The position numbers and the translations under genes are program-made. From a virus, in IMG/VR virus record IMGVR_UViG_3300019776_000521, positions 1 through 64,000 of that record: DNA of 64,000 nt. One strand, 5' to 3'. The notes beneath the pieces are model-generated. The model was not told the origin of the DNA. It ran no database searches and was given only the letters and a program-made list of their open reading frames with translations. Shown here piece after piece: positions 16,568 to 26,679 of this stretch. How positions within the stretch are numbered: position 1 is the stretch's first letter; each line of letters starts with the position of its first letter.

Positions 16568-17320
16568 TCACTGAAAATGACGCGAAGGGGAATCTGTACG
16601 AATCAGGCGGATAAATACAGCCCCTACATCCAAGTGCCACCAGTGAGTTCTGAAGTCGGCTTGCCCTGGATAGTCGTGGTGAGTTTTATGCTGCCATTCG
16701 CCCCCTGTGGGAAAAAGAAACTCCAACCAGGGTAGATTCCTAGCACCACCTTGGCGGCGGTGACTAAGAAGTTGGTGAATAACGCCAAAAGCTTGCGCAG
16801 TGCCCATTGGCATAAGGTACGCAAACAAAAACACAGTTGGAGATACGAACAGCAGAGCGCCAGCGTACACCCCCCACAAAGCAAACCAGTAACGGTGAAT
16901 AAAGTCTAGCGTTGGGTCTCCAGCTATTTTCTTTACTCGCTCCATAACCATGGGCACCCGACGGAACTGCTTAAAAATTAGGTACTTCCAGTTGACTTCG
17001 TGTGGATCAAGATCAGTATCGGCGTGGATGTGGTGAGTGGTATGCGCAGAAGCCCAGACGTAGGGCGAGCCATACAACAAAGTCGTGCTGTAGAACGCTA
17101 TGAAGTTGTGCCAGAAGCGCGAAGTCTTGAACGCTCCATGGGTGAAGTATCGATGCAGCCCACCAGACACAATAGCCGTGTTGAAATGGTGAATGAAGAA
17201 CCACGCTAAAAGCCACCAAGGACTCACCAGGCCCGCTGTTGCGAGGGCCACCCCAAAGACAACGCCAATCACCCCGATTACGTATCCAAAGCCTATATGC
17301 CACCCTGCATGCCTAAACAT
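16568..17320 (-). CDS. membrane fatty-acid desaturase-like protein (delta-9 type)
   Basis: His boxes HRYFTH, HTTHH, HKTHH; TM segments; AGGAGG before ATG 17320. Confidence 0.85.
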   Translation of the reverse strand: MFRHAGWHIGFGYVIGVIGVVFGVALATAGLVSPWWLLAWFFIHHFNTAIVSGGLHRYFTHGAFKTSRFWHNFIAFYSTTLLYGSPYVWASAHTTHHIHADTDLDPHEVNWKYLIFKQFRRVPMVMERVKKIAGDPTLDFIHRYWFALWGVYAGALLFVSPTVFLFAYLMPMGTAQAFGVIHQLLSHRRQGGARNLPWLEFLFPTGGEWQHKTHHDYPGQADFRTHWWHLDVGAVFIRLIRTDSPSRHFQ

Positions 17321-17867
17321 AAGCACCTCCTAACAAAAAGCCATATACAAACCCAGAAGCAACCATCAAAGAGCCGTCAGCAACAAACGCTGTTCCGGCT
17401 GGGTGCGGCCCCAGGTCGCCCGTGCAAGTGATAACTCGCTGTCCTGGCTCAAGTGTAAAGGTGTCACCGTCTTCGATGCGAAGCACCGAGAGGTCAGGCA
17501 GCGCTGCGCGGTTAGCGTGCCAGTTGAAGCACCAGAACTCCAACTCCTCCATCACGGTTGTCGTGATGCTTCCGGCTGGCGTGTCTGGCCTGTCGCCAGA
17601 AAACATCCCCGGAACACGATCAGGGTAGGCAGTTCCATCCTCATGGATCAGAGTTGCTCGACCACGAACGTACAGCGTCAGGTTGCAGGACTTTGCACGC
17701 GGAATAGGCGCTGCTGCACGAGTAACCAGCTTGCTGCCCACAGGCATGACGTGACGATGCACTTTCCAACCAAAAGCCATCATGGGCTGCACAATGATAT
17801 GGCCCTGTTGAGCCTCTTCATGCGCCCGCCACTGCTGGCGCGTTGGTACGCTAGTCAGTGTGGTCAT
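17313..17867 (-). CDS. hypothetical beta-rich (possibly cupin-like) protein
   Basis: 184 aa, coupled to both neighbours. Confidence 0.65.
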   Translation of the reverse strand: MTTLTSVPTRQQWRAHEEAQQGHIIVQPMMAFGWKVHRHVMPVGSKLVTRAAAPIPRAKSCNLTLYVRGRATLIHEDGTAYPDRVPGMFSGDRPDTPAGSITTTVMEELEFWCFNWHANRAALPDLSVLRIEDGDTFTLEPGQRVITCTGDLGPHPAGTAFVADGSLMVASGFVYGFLLGGAYV

Positions 17868-18250
17868 CAGTCGGTCCGTTCGAGGTCATAGACAATAGTG
17901 GGCGCAGGTGATTGCGATTGCGGCTCCACATAAGAAAGGGAAACACTCTGCGTTTGAGCGTCAATCTCTTGTATGGCAATCATGCTGGAATGAAAAACGC
18001 TTAGCGCGTCAATAAAGACTTGCCCGCCCTCACGCTCAATTACCCAAGAAACAAGCTGTTCTTTGGTCACTTGGTCAAACGGGGTAAATCCTTGAATACC
18101 CTCGACATCAAAGAGCGTCGTTCCGGCGCCCACGGACGTAAACCCGTTGCGCTCAAAAATGACTGTCCACTCAACCTTGGCAATAACGTTTTCATTTTCA
18201 CCAAGTTGTGGAAATACCCGCACAGATGTGATTTTAAAAGTTTGGTTCAT
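17867..18250 (-). CDS. tail-fibre-associated hypothetical protein
   Basis: 127 aa; FTPFDQVTKEQLVSWV motif seen in fibre-adjacent proteins. Confidence 0.65.
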   Translation of the reverse strand: MNQTFKITSVRVFPQLGENENVIAKVEWTVIFERNGFTSVGAGTTLFDVEGIQGFTPFDQVTKEQLVSWVIEREGGQVFIDALSVFHSSMIAIQEIDAQTQSVSLSYVEPQSQSPAPTIVYDLERTD

Positions 18251-18693
18251 GGGTTTGCTGCTCCGTAAAGCTGAGATAAAGCGATTGCGCCTGACGCTGG
18301 CACGCCAGTGTTAATAGTTTCTGTGCCGGAGCTGGTTCGGCGTGTGTAGTAGGTAACCCCGCTAGCCAAAGGGCCTCGGTAGTAAGTGTAAGCACCAACT
18401 GTTACAGAGGTGGTTGCTTGCGAATTTATACCAGCGGTAACTACTGATCCCCCCCAAACTAAATAGCTATACGAATAAACACTGGGTTCGCTTTTTCCAC
18501 CACTCGAATAAACATCGTACCAATATCCCACGGAAGTACTTGCCCACCCGCCACCAGCCGGCTCAAAAATTGTTGCCGTTCGCGTAGTTGGCACGTAAGC
18601 ACCACCCCGGTAATACTCGCTCATCGAGATAGGGTTGGCCCCACCCAGCGCCGCCTGGACGCTTGCAAGGTTGTATGCGGAGACAGTTCCCAT
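18247..18693 (-). CDS. small fibre tip/adhesin-like protein
   Basis: PISMSEYYRGG and SGAIALSQLYG motifs; Gly/Tyr-rich; follows the fibre gene. Confidence 0.6.
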   Translation of the reverse strand: MGTVSAYNLASVQAALGGANPISMSEYYRGGAYVPTTRTATIFEPAGGGWASTSVGYWYDVYSSGGKSEPSVYSYSYLVWGGSVVTAGINSQATTSVTVGAYTYYRGPLASGVTYYTRRTSSGTETINTGVPASGAIALSQLYGAANP

Positions 18694-21326
18694 TACTTAG
18701 CCAGTTGCAGTTTTAGCGCGTTGAGTTCCTCGCGCAGGCTGGTTACTTCTTTAGCCAAAGCCACGCACGCCGCCAGGGCTGCGTTGCCGTAGGCCACGGA
18801 CAGCATGCCGTCGCTGCCTTCCATGATGGCTTCGGGCATCACTTCGCGCAGGCTCTGCGCACTCACGCCGACCTGGGTAGCTCCGCTATCAATGCGTTCG
18901 TAGGCTCCATGCTTGACGGCTGCGAAGCGGGTCAGGAAGTCGGCGGGCAGTGGGCGCCAGTTTGTTTTCAAGCGCTCGTCGGAGTAAGCGGTGACGTTGC
19001 CGTTCATCGTCAAGTTGCCGGTCATGTCCATTTGCAATCGATTGACTGCAGCTGACCAGCCACCAATACGAAACACGTTGTCTGAGTCCAGACCCATGTT
19101 TAAACCATAAGCCCCTGGCCGATGCATTGACCATACTGCTCCACCACTACCTTGTCCTGTAACTTCTGGTCCAGCTTTTCCTGCATATCCTGTGTTTTGG
19201 CCAGAAACACTCAGACCAAAAATAGTTGCAGTTCCTCCAATGGTTCCTGCAGTTACCGCATAAGCAACGCTCAGCGCACTGGTCAAATACGTGCGCAAGT
19301 AATCATCACTGCCATTGGTACCCCAAACCCGAGATGGGTTTGAGTTGTTGCCTTCATTACCGTTGCTGCTGTTGATGTAACCAACTTGAAGGTAGCCGTT
19401 ACCATCAGTACGGACTACCTTGTTAGCTTCATTGTTTCGAGCGGTGTGAACATTCAATCCATAAGCTGTACCGGCATTACCAGTAACGCTAATACCCCAA
19501 GTACCTGAAGCACTGCCGCCTGTAAGAGTTGGGCTGTAGGAGTTGTAATTGCCACTATGCAGCGCAGTGTATTGAGTACCACCCCCATACGTGCCTGAAT
19601 AAATGTAAAAATCCCCGTTTTGATGAAAAAATTTCCATCCATAACTTTCGTTGTAGTAGCCAGTAGTGTTGCCATTTGACATCCAATGACCGTTGCCACC
19701 TCCTTCAGGCATGTTTTGCATTGCAATGCCTTGATACCCACCTTTAGCACCACGAATAGCAATCGGCGTGTAGCTTGAAAGGTCGTTGGCGTGAATGTGT
19801 GCACCGTAATGGTTAGGCCAGTAAAGACCATACGATCCGTTTGCTTGCAACCAAGTATTTACTTGATAATACGAACTTCCTTGCTGTGACAGTACACGAC
19901 TACCGTTGTCGTAAATACCAACAGCGTACAATTCTTTGCTGCCATATGTACCACTACCGATTTTTACTGCACCACCTTCAAAATAGTTAAGTTCAAGTGG
20001 ATCACTGCCACGACCATTCACGGTGTCAAAATAACCGTTGTTTCCAAAAATACCAAAGTTGCTATTTGCAGAGTTAACAAAGTTTGGTGCATTAACAGTT
20101 CCGCTCAACGTTCCACCGCTCAAAGGCAGTGCATAGGAACTGTAATTTCCTTCGTGTAAAAGATCTTTCCATGCATTTAAAGTAGCCGAATCTCCGTTAC
20201 GAGTTCTAAATCGAAGACCATTACCACCTCCGTTATAAGGAGCGTTTAACCACAAATCGTAGCCACTTGCAGCAAAGCGAACAATTGGTCCTGTGTATGG
20301 TGCATTAAGACCATAAGTAAACCCCGTAGCATTGGAGTCCATTGTGTTTGCATCTAACGTAAAGCCTTGATACGCCATTAAATTTGAAGGCTTACTGCTA
20401 ACGCCACTCCACGCTACTGCAGATGCCGTAGCTGCATTACCTGTAACGTTAATACCCCAAGTGCCGGAAGCTACACCTCGGATCGAAGTCATTGCGTGAC
20501 TCAAGGTTGACTTGCGCGACCAGCCATCTCCGTTGGAAGTAATAAACGAACTGATCGTCGGATTTTCAGATTCGCCAGTGTTGAAATTAATGTGATTGGC
20601 GTAGATGTAGCCGCTTGCATCACGACGAACAATATTGTCGGCGTTAACACCCGTCGAAGCTGTAATCGTTGCGGAGTTGGCTTGTCCGCTGATCGTAGCT
20701 GCATTACCCGTAATGCTGATGCCCCAAGTGCCCGATGCACCTGTACCTGTGAGCGTTGGAGCATATGAGTTGTAGTTACCTGCGTGAAGAACTGAACTAC
20801 CTTTGTAGGTAAACGTATTCATTCCAGCAGCAAAAATCACGGTAGACCATAAGTTGTCTACTACTTCAAACATTCTGTCAGCACTGTTCCCCAACTGGAC
20901 AGTTGCTGTGCCCGTCAAACGATCTGATGCACGACCAATCCACGCTTCGCCTGTATTTAAAGTAGAACTCGAAAACGTACCCATCCTAATGCGGCCTGAC
21001 ATGTCGCCGCCACTCAAAGGCAAGTAGCTTGTCAGAGCCGCACTGGTGATGTACCCATTCGGATTAGTACTGTTGTAAGGAGTAAACCCAAGTGCCGTTG
21101 TTACGTTTGCACTAGAAATCTCACCCCGAATAGTTGCCGAGCTTTTGTTCTCGACGTTACCAATACCCAGGTTGGTTCTGGCAGTCCCAGCGTTCACAAG
21201 ATCGCTCAGGTTGAGCGATGCAACAAGCTTTTGCCCAAGCTCTGTGTTCAGGGCCGTGAAGTTGCCATCAAGCTCTGCATTGGTAAGAGGAGAGCCTTTT
21301 GTATTGCGAAGCGTGAGAGCTGCCAT
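18693..21326 (-). CDS. long tail fibre with C-terminal intramolecular chaperone (peptidase S74)
   Basis: Gly/Asn/Ser-rich repeats SGTWGISxTGNA; YSDERLK cleavage motif; terminal coiled coil. Confidence 0.9.
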   Translation of the reverse strand: MAALTLRNTKGSPLTNAELDGNFTALNTELGQKLVASLNLSDLVNAGTARTNLGIGNVENKSSATIRGEISSANVTTALGFTPYNSTNPNGYITSAALTSYLPLSGGDMSGRIRMGTFSSSTLNTGEAWIGRASDRLTGTATVQLGNSADRMFEVVDNLWSTVIFAAGMNTFTYKGSSVLHAGNYNSYAPTLTGTGASGTWGISITGNAATISGQANSATITASTGVNADNIVRRDASGYIYANHINFNTGESENPTISSFITSNGDGWSRKSTLSHAMTSIRGVASGTWGINVTGNAATASAVAWSGVSSKPSNLMAYQGFTLDANTMDSNATGFTYGLNAPYTGPIVRFAASGYDLWLNAPYNGGGNGLRFRTRNGDSATLNAWKDLLHEGNYSSYALPLSGGTLSGTVNAPNFVNSANSNFGIFGNNGYFDTVNGRGSDPLELNYFEGGAVKIGSGTYGSKELYAVGIYDNGSRVLSQQGSSYYQVNTWLQANGSYGLYWPNHYGAHIHANDLSSYTPIAIRGAKGGYQGIAMQNMPEGGGNGHWMSNGNTTGYYNESYGWKFFHQNGDFYIYSGTYGGGTQYTALHSGNYNSYSPTLTGGSASGTWGISVTGNAGTAYGLNVHTARNNEANKVVRTDGNGYLQVGYINSSNGNEGNNSNPSRVWGTNGSDDYLRTYLTSALSVAYAVTAGTIGGTATIFGLSVSGQNTGYAGKAGPEVTGQGSGGAVWSMHRPGAYGLNMGLDSDNVFRIGGWSAAVNRLQMDMTGNLTMNGNVTAYSDERLKTNWRPLPADFLTRFAAVKHGAYERIDSGATQVGVSAQSLREVMPEAIMEGSDGMLSVAYGNAALAACVALAKEVTSLREELNALKLQLAK

Positions 21327-21343
21327 ATCATTTCCTTACCTGA

Positions 21344-21802
21344 TTAAACAGCGTTCAGGGTAACGGTCCAAGTCACCGACATCGTGTCGTCTGCACCTTT
21401 GTTGACCACTGGAAACACCGTGCGGCACAGCATGTCACCAGCCGTAAGCGCATTGAAAATGCCAGCTTCAGTAACTGCACCTGTTGCATCTCCTGGCTCA
21501 AACGAAGCCACGTACTGCACCTTCTCGCTGTTGGTGCCGGTGATCGTTGAGCTATCCAAAGCTTCCCGAGAACCCAGGGTAGTTACCAGATTGGTTTGTG
21601 CTGCCGCAGCAGCTGTCGTACCAGAGCCAAGAGCCATGTGAGACATCACGGCTTTGGCCGTACCCACCATACGGCTGATGATGAAAGCCAAACCAGCATT
21701 CACTACCAGGTTCTTGACCTCACGCTCTTCTTTCACATTGCCAAACTTGTCCGTGAGGACAATGTTGAGCTGGCCACTGATTTTCAATTGATCTTTGATC
21801 AT
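21344..21802 (-). CDS. tail-associated structural protein
   Basis: 152 aa; KNLVV..G, TEAGIFN motifs. Confidence 0.7.
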   Translation of the reverse strand: MIKDQLKISGQLNIVLTDKFGNVKEEREVKNLVVNAGLAFIISRMVGTAKAVMSHMALGSGTTAAAAAQTNLVTTLGSREALDSSTITGTNSEKVQYVASFEPGDATGAVTEAGIFNALTAGDMLCRTVFPVVNKGADDTMSVTWTVTLNAV

Positions 21803-21814
21803 AGGATTTCCTTG

Positions 21815-22732
21815 TTAAAAAGTTAGGGAAGCACCGACGTAATCTTCCGAGAAATAAGTGAAGTCTGAATATCCCTGACTTCTCAACGACCCACCATCGG
21901 ATAACTGAGTCGATTCCGCAAGAAACCTATTGAACGTTGTTTGAACCAAAAGTAAATCAGACACCGTTCCTAGATCAGTGGTTCCTTTTAAAAACTCCAT
22001 TGTCTGATCATCAAGAATAGTTGCAGCACCATCGATGTCATCTGTCGTGTTGACTTGATCGTAGAGTTGCTTGCTTTTTGCAATAAACAGCAACTCAGCA
22101 ACTGCAGCACTATCACCCAATGGTTTGTCTAAAGTCGTTGCAATTACATCTGTTGTGCTTGCGCTATCTGACAATGCTTTGAAAAAGTCAATTACATCTG
22201 CATCAGAAAAGCTGCCGGAATCAGTAAGATTTTTGATAACGCTTTGCGTTATGAAATCAGAAGTTACTGAACTATCACTCAACGGTTTATCAAAACCAAA
22301 AACAACAGTGTCTACAGCTGCGTAACTGTCGTTGATAGCCTTAAAAAACTCAATTATTTTGGTGTCATTTGCACTGGGTATCTCGCTCAGCCCTTTAGTG
22401 AACTCTGCTGCAATGGCATCAGAAAGCGTAGCGTTGTCCACAAGGCTTTTGAAAAAAGACTTGACCATCACATCCAGTGATGTAGCCGAGTCTTCTTTTA
22501 TAAGTCGAGTGATCCAGTGACCCAAGGCATACAGCAGCTTCATTCTTGAAGCTTCTGCAGTGGCAGCAATGCTGGCCACGCTTACAGACGCAGCAATTTT
22601 TGCTACTTCTACAGACGCAGCAATTTTTGTCACTCCTACAGACGCAGCTATCCGTGCCGCTACTACAGACGTAGCCATGTCCAGCCGTGCAGCTGCAAGT
22701 GATATTGCGGCTGCTACGGCAGAAAGCTTCAT
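21815..22732 (-). CDS. repeat-rich putative structural protein
   Basis: IAASV repeats, then repeated K.L.D....D units. Confidence 0.65.
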   Translation of the reverse strand: MKLSAVAAAISLAAARLDMATSVVAARIAASVGVTKIAASVEVAKIAASVSVASIAATAEASRMKLLYALGHWITRLIKEDSATSLDVMVKSFFKSLVDNATLSDAIAAEFTKGLSEIPSANDTKIIEFFKAINDSYAAVDTVVFGFDKPLSDSSVTSDFITQSVIKNLTDSGSFSDADVIDFFKALSDSASTTDVIATTLDKPLGDSAAVAELLFIAKSKQLYDQVNTTDDIDGAATILDDQTMEFLKGTTDLGTVSDLLLVQTTFNRFLAESTQLSDGGSLRSQGYSDFTYFSEDYVGASLTF

Positions 22733-23064
22733 GCAAGCTCCTCACGGACCTTGAACTTGAGAAGAGTAAAAATGGTCTCTCTTAGGCCACTGGAGAGCAC
22801 CACTTCGATCTCACCTTCGTAGTCCCCTGCTTCCACATCCAGGTTGCCTGCAGCCCATTCGATGTAGCAGATACCCTGTGTAGCCATCCCAACCAGGATG
22901 GTGGCTTGTCTGGAAAACAGGACTACCTCGGTATCAACCGCACGAAAATGCAGCGTTACAGAGGCATTGGTGAGGTCTATGGGCAGGTTTGTGAGTTCGT
23001 TCGTCAGCGTGAGCTTGATCTGAGGCCCAGTGTCGTTACGAACCAGTTTGATTTTTTCACTCAT
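22729..23064 (-). CDS. BppU-like Ig-fold baseplate/adaptor protein
   Basis: PIDLTNASVTLHF...GDYEGEIEV. Confidence 0.65.
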   Translation of the reverse strand: MSEKIKLVRNDTGPQIKLTLTNELTNLPIDLTNASVTLHFRAVDTEVVLFSRQATILVGMATQGICYIEWAAGNLDVEAGDYEGEIEVVLSSGLRETIFTLLKFKVREELA

Positions 23065-23208
23065 GTGCAGGATCTCCGACGTTCTTTGAGATCCTGCTTA
23101 AACAGGATCAAAGGGATTTAGGTCGGAAGTTCCTGCAATGATCAGACATCCGTTTCAGGCCGCTATTACACCACAGAGTCAATTAAGCCAAACACACCAG
23201 TCCTGTTT

Positions 23209-23694
23209 TCAGGGCTGGATTGGCCATTGGATATTGAGCGGATCAGGCTGGCTCGTGACATCACGCAAGGCTTGCCGATATACCTGCCAGGAAGCGTACA
23301 GAGCCTCTCCAAGGCGTTGCTTAGCCGACAAGGTATCAGTCCAGTCAGACGTAGCCAAAAGGCTTCCACGACGCAGCCTGACAAGCTCCCAGGCTCTTTC
23401 AATGCCTTCCTGGATACGCTGCGCTTCACCGTAAGGAAGCCAGCCTTCAGGAGGCTCTTGAAGCAGCCCTGAAATGGTGAACACCGAAAGCTTTTCAGAT
23501 GTTGGATCATAAAACATTTGCCCACGACGATCGACGTAAAGAGTCCAGTTGTCGCCTACACGCCGCCACACCATTCCTACAGGACAATCGCCTGTTGGTG
23601 CAATGAATTCTTTTGGGCCTTGATTGACAAACTCAGAGGCCAAGTAAGTCGAAATCACAAACCCATTTTCATCAGTCTTTGCAAGTGTGTTCAT
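23209..23694 (-). CDS. tail fibre assembly chaperone
   Basis: VRLRRGSLLATSDWT...WQVYRQALRDVTSQP..WP; start set by ATGA coupling. Confidence 0.8.
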   Translation of the reverse strand: MNTLAKTDENGFVISTYLASEFVNQGPKEFIAPTGDCPVGMVWRRVGDNWTLYVDRRGQMFYDPTSEKLSVFTISGLLQEPPEGWLPYGEAQRIQEGIERAWELVRLRRGSLLATSDWTDTLSAKQRLGEALYASWQVYRQALRDVTSQPDPLNIQWPIQP

Positions 23695-25823
23695 AGCTTG
23701 AATAGGCTCCATGCATAGTTGTCTAACCTGATTGAATTTACTGATACTGCAGTAGTTACGTTTCGTATTGAAACAGTGCACCACAGCCAGATTCTATTCG
23801 TAGGGCTGTTATTACCAGCGCTTCCCACTGTAAAGTGAGTTGACTTTTGCCTGATTTCGCAACTGATGTAAGTGGAAAACAATTCAGTTGGAGAACCTCC
23901 ACCAAACCACGTTACATACGAAGTATCAATTTTAAGCAATGCTCCGTAATACTGGTTTATGGAAAAATTGGCAAAGTTAGCATCGTCAATACCAGTATCA
24001 ATCCAAAAGTTATGTCCAGTGTCTTGGCTGTACGCTGTCGTGTAATAAGTATTGTCACCACTTGTATAACTGGTGGTGGAAGTCGTGTTTAGTACTACAC
24101 CTAGATAACCACTGCCAGAAGCAGCAGAATCCCGTCTTTGAATTCTGACTCGATCTGCAGTTACAGTCCCGTCGTTTAAAACACTGAATCTTCCGCCAAC
24201 AGTTGCAAAACTTTTGGCAGTCATTGCTCCATTCACAATGTCAAAGTTGCTGTTGTATATGTCACCAGCAGCAGTTACTTGAAGATATTTTCCAGTGTTG
24301 AAATTTCCAAGAAGCAACCCACTGGGTCCAAGGTAAAAACCATTACCCGAAGTTGGCCAAGCGTATCCAGAATAGGAACCACCAAATATTTCGTTGACTT
24401 GAAGGTAGTTGGCTTTGATCTTGCCATTCTCAATTACCACTGCACCTGCTTCATCTCGAAGCTTGGTAAAAGTCAGTGTGTTGATAACAGCCTGATCAAT
24501 GAACACTTCATTGTTGCTGATGATGAATGGCTTTTTCTTGTTGGCAGCAGTTCGACCAACCCAAAAGGTATCAACATCAAACCCAGCTTCAACTGTCGTG
24601 CCGTCGTTGTAAATACCAAATCCACCAATCAACCCATTCACAGTCACCTTGGCTGTGTACAGAGCACCTATCTGCGTGACTTTGCCATCCACCGTGTTGA
24701 TGTTGGTTTGCAGCGTAGTCTGAGCCGAAGCAATATTGTTGTTTAGCGTTGCCTGAGAAGTAGTGATAGCACTGCTGATCGCACCATCCGTCCCTGTCTT
24801 TGTGTAGTAGTTGGACTGCAAAGCAGCAGTATTTGTGTAATTAGCAAGAGAATTGTTCAGGGTCGTTGTTGACACCAGCGTAGACGTTGCACTCGAAATT
24901 GCCGAGTCGGTAGCCGTCTTTGTGTAATAGTTAGTTTGCAGTGACGCTGTATTTGTGTAATTACTTAAGGCTGTGTTTAGTGCCGTGGTTGAAACCAGCG
25001 TTGAAGTAGCCGAAGAAATTGCGCTATTGGTTCCAGCTTTTGTAAAGTAGTCATTCAACAGCGTTGCACGAGTAGCAGGAAGACCTGTCGTCGCGTTGTT
25101 TACCTGAGCATTCAGCAGTGTGTACAAAGAAGCGTTTGCTTCGTCTCCAGTCACCCTGGCAGATTGTTCCTGTTGAATCAAAGCCAAGTTGCTTTGGTTT
25201 GCTGCTGCCACAGTATTAAGTTGCGTTACAAGTGCGGAGTCGCCGTCCTGGCGATCTGTGATCTCTTCATTGAGAAATGTGAGCGCTTGAGTAACGCCGG
25301 TTTGTACTTGAGCCAAAGCTGTACTCAATGCAGTGTTGGACGCAATCCTGTCGTCAACCTCATCTAAAAGGTCTTGATAGTTCAGAGTGATTTTGTCAAT
25401 TTCTGTCTTCAAAGATTGAGCCAATAATCCTGAATCAATCTTGCTGGTCAACAACTCGATCATGTTGTCAATCGTAGGCCGAGCTATAGCCGAAGCTGGG
25501 CCAATCAAATCACCTATCGTACCGTTTACCGATACGATTCTGATCCAGTAGTAATACGTCAGCTGCGCGTTGACAGTGCTCTTGTCATAAAAGAAATTGC
25601 CACCAACAGTAGCAATCACTATTGCAGAATTGAAGTTGGGGAGAATACCCCGATACAAAATCACATGTGATACTGCAAACGGATTGACTGTTGGATACGT
25701 CCACGAAACATCAATGCCGCCAAACGCAGGAGTGGCAGTGAGAATGCTGTTGTTATCAGGGTCTCCAGGCTGAGGCCAATTCCCCGTACCAGTACCGCAC
25801 ACATTAGTTGAGCATGTTGCCAT
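23691..25823 (-). CDS. tail tip / host-specificity protein (DUF1983-like)
   Basis: FN3-like N-terminus, coiled coil, GLIGGFG...KPFII...VFIDQAVI. Confidence 0.8.
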   Translation of the reverse strand: MATCSTNVCGTGTGNWPQPGDPDNNSILTATPAFGGIDVSWTYPTVNPFAVSHVILYRGILPNFNSAIVIATVGGNFFYDKSTVNAQLTYYYWIRIVSVNGTIGDLIGPASAIARPTIDNMIELLTSKIDSGLLAQSLKTEIDKITLNYQDLLDEVDDRIASNTALSTALAQVQTGVTQALTFLNEEITDRQDGDSALVTQLNTVAAANQSNLALIQQEQSARVTGDEANASLYTLLNAQVNNATTGLPATRATLLNDYFTKAGTNSAISSATSTLVSTTALNTALSNYTNTASLQTNYYTKTATDSAISSATSTLVSTTTLNNSLANYTNTAALQSNYYTKTGTDGAISSAITTSQATLNNNIASAQTTLQTNINTVDGKVTQIGALYTAKVTVNGLIGGFGIYNDGTTVEAGFDVDTFWVGRTAANKKKPFIISNNEVFIDQAVINTLTFTKLRDEAGAVVIENGKIKANYLQVNEIFGGSYSGYAWPTSGNGFYLGPSGLLLGNFNTGKYLQVTAAGDIYNSNFDIVNGAMTAKSFATVGGRFSVLNDGTVTADRVRIQRRDSAASGSGYLGVVLNTTSTTSYTSGDNTYYTTAYSQDTGHNFWIDTGIDDANFANFSINQYYGALLKIDTSYVTWFGGGSPTELFSTYISCEIRQKSTHFTVGSAGNNSPTNRIWLWCTVSIRNVTTAVSVNSIRLDNYAWSLFKL
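24775..25060 (-). repeat. 120-bp (40-aa) tandem repeat, about 2.5 copies
   Basis: Y(F/Y)TKxxTxxAISSA recurs; DNA at 24781, 24901 and 25021 aligns. Confidence 0.85.
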
Positions 25824-25891
25824 TTGATACCCTTCAAAGAAGCATTTCTTGCTGCTTTACAAGATTTCCCCAACCAACCTGAAAGAACCAA

Positions 25892-26635
25892 GTGAAAGCA
25901 ATCTACGAAAACCATTATCTCACCGATCGTGATGTCGCCAACTATGCTAGGCAATCCTTTGCCGGTCTAGCAGAGCACTTCACCGAAGATCAAAACAACA
26001 AGCTGATTCAGTTTTTGGCTAGAGGAATGGCTTCTGGAGACTGGGAAACTCTTTTGAAAAAGATTGGTGCACCCTATGGTTTGACTCAAAAAGAGTTGCA
26101 TGAAACAGCTGTGTATCTTCGCAAGATTCCTGAGCATTGGGTTCCCTTTGGCCATCCACACATTACGCTCAGAATGCAAGCTCCAATCCCAGTCAGAGTG
26201 CAATGTTTTAAGCACAAGATAGGACTGGTTGAGTCTGAAGAATCCAGAAGGTATATCTCTAGCAGGCCGGAGGTCTACGTGCCTCCGTATTTCCGAGCCA
26301 AGGCTGCAAACGTCAAGCAAGGTTCTGGGGACATCCATCCCCACAGTGATCCTTGGAAAGACGCTTACACACGGCTCACGACGCAATGCGTAGAGACGTA
26401 CCTGCTGATGGTCGAGTCCGGCGTCTGCCCAGAGCAAGCACGGTTCATCCTGCCCCAGGGCTGCGAGGTCAACTGGGTCTGGACAGGATCCCTGTACGCA
26501 TTCGCCAACTTCTACAACCTGCGCTCAGATTCCCATGCTCAAAAAGAGATCCAGGAGCTGGCTGCAAGCGTCAATGAAATCATCTCCCCGCTATTCCCAG
26601 TGTCCTGGGCGGCATTAACGGACGGCAAGTACTAG
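25892..26635 (+). CDS. thyX: flavin-dependent thymidylate synthase
   Basis: HWVPFGH, KHK...EESRRY, EQARFILP, RSDSHAQKEI. Confidence 0.9.
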   Translation: MKAIYENHYLTDRDVANYARQSFAGLAEHFTEDQNNKLIQFLARGMASGDWETLLKKIGAPYGLTQKELHETAVYLRKIPEHWVPFGHPHITLRMQAPIPVRVQCFKHKIGLVESEESRRYISSRPEVYVPPYFRAKAANVKQGSGDIHPHSDPWKDAYTRLTTQCVETYLLMVESGVCPEQARFILPQGCEVNWVWTGSLYAFANFYNLRSDSHAQKEIQELAASVNEIISPLFPVSWAALTDGKY

Positions 26636-26679
26636 GCATAGAAATCACAGTAAACTCGGATCCCCGATTTATTGCAGAT

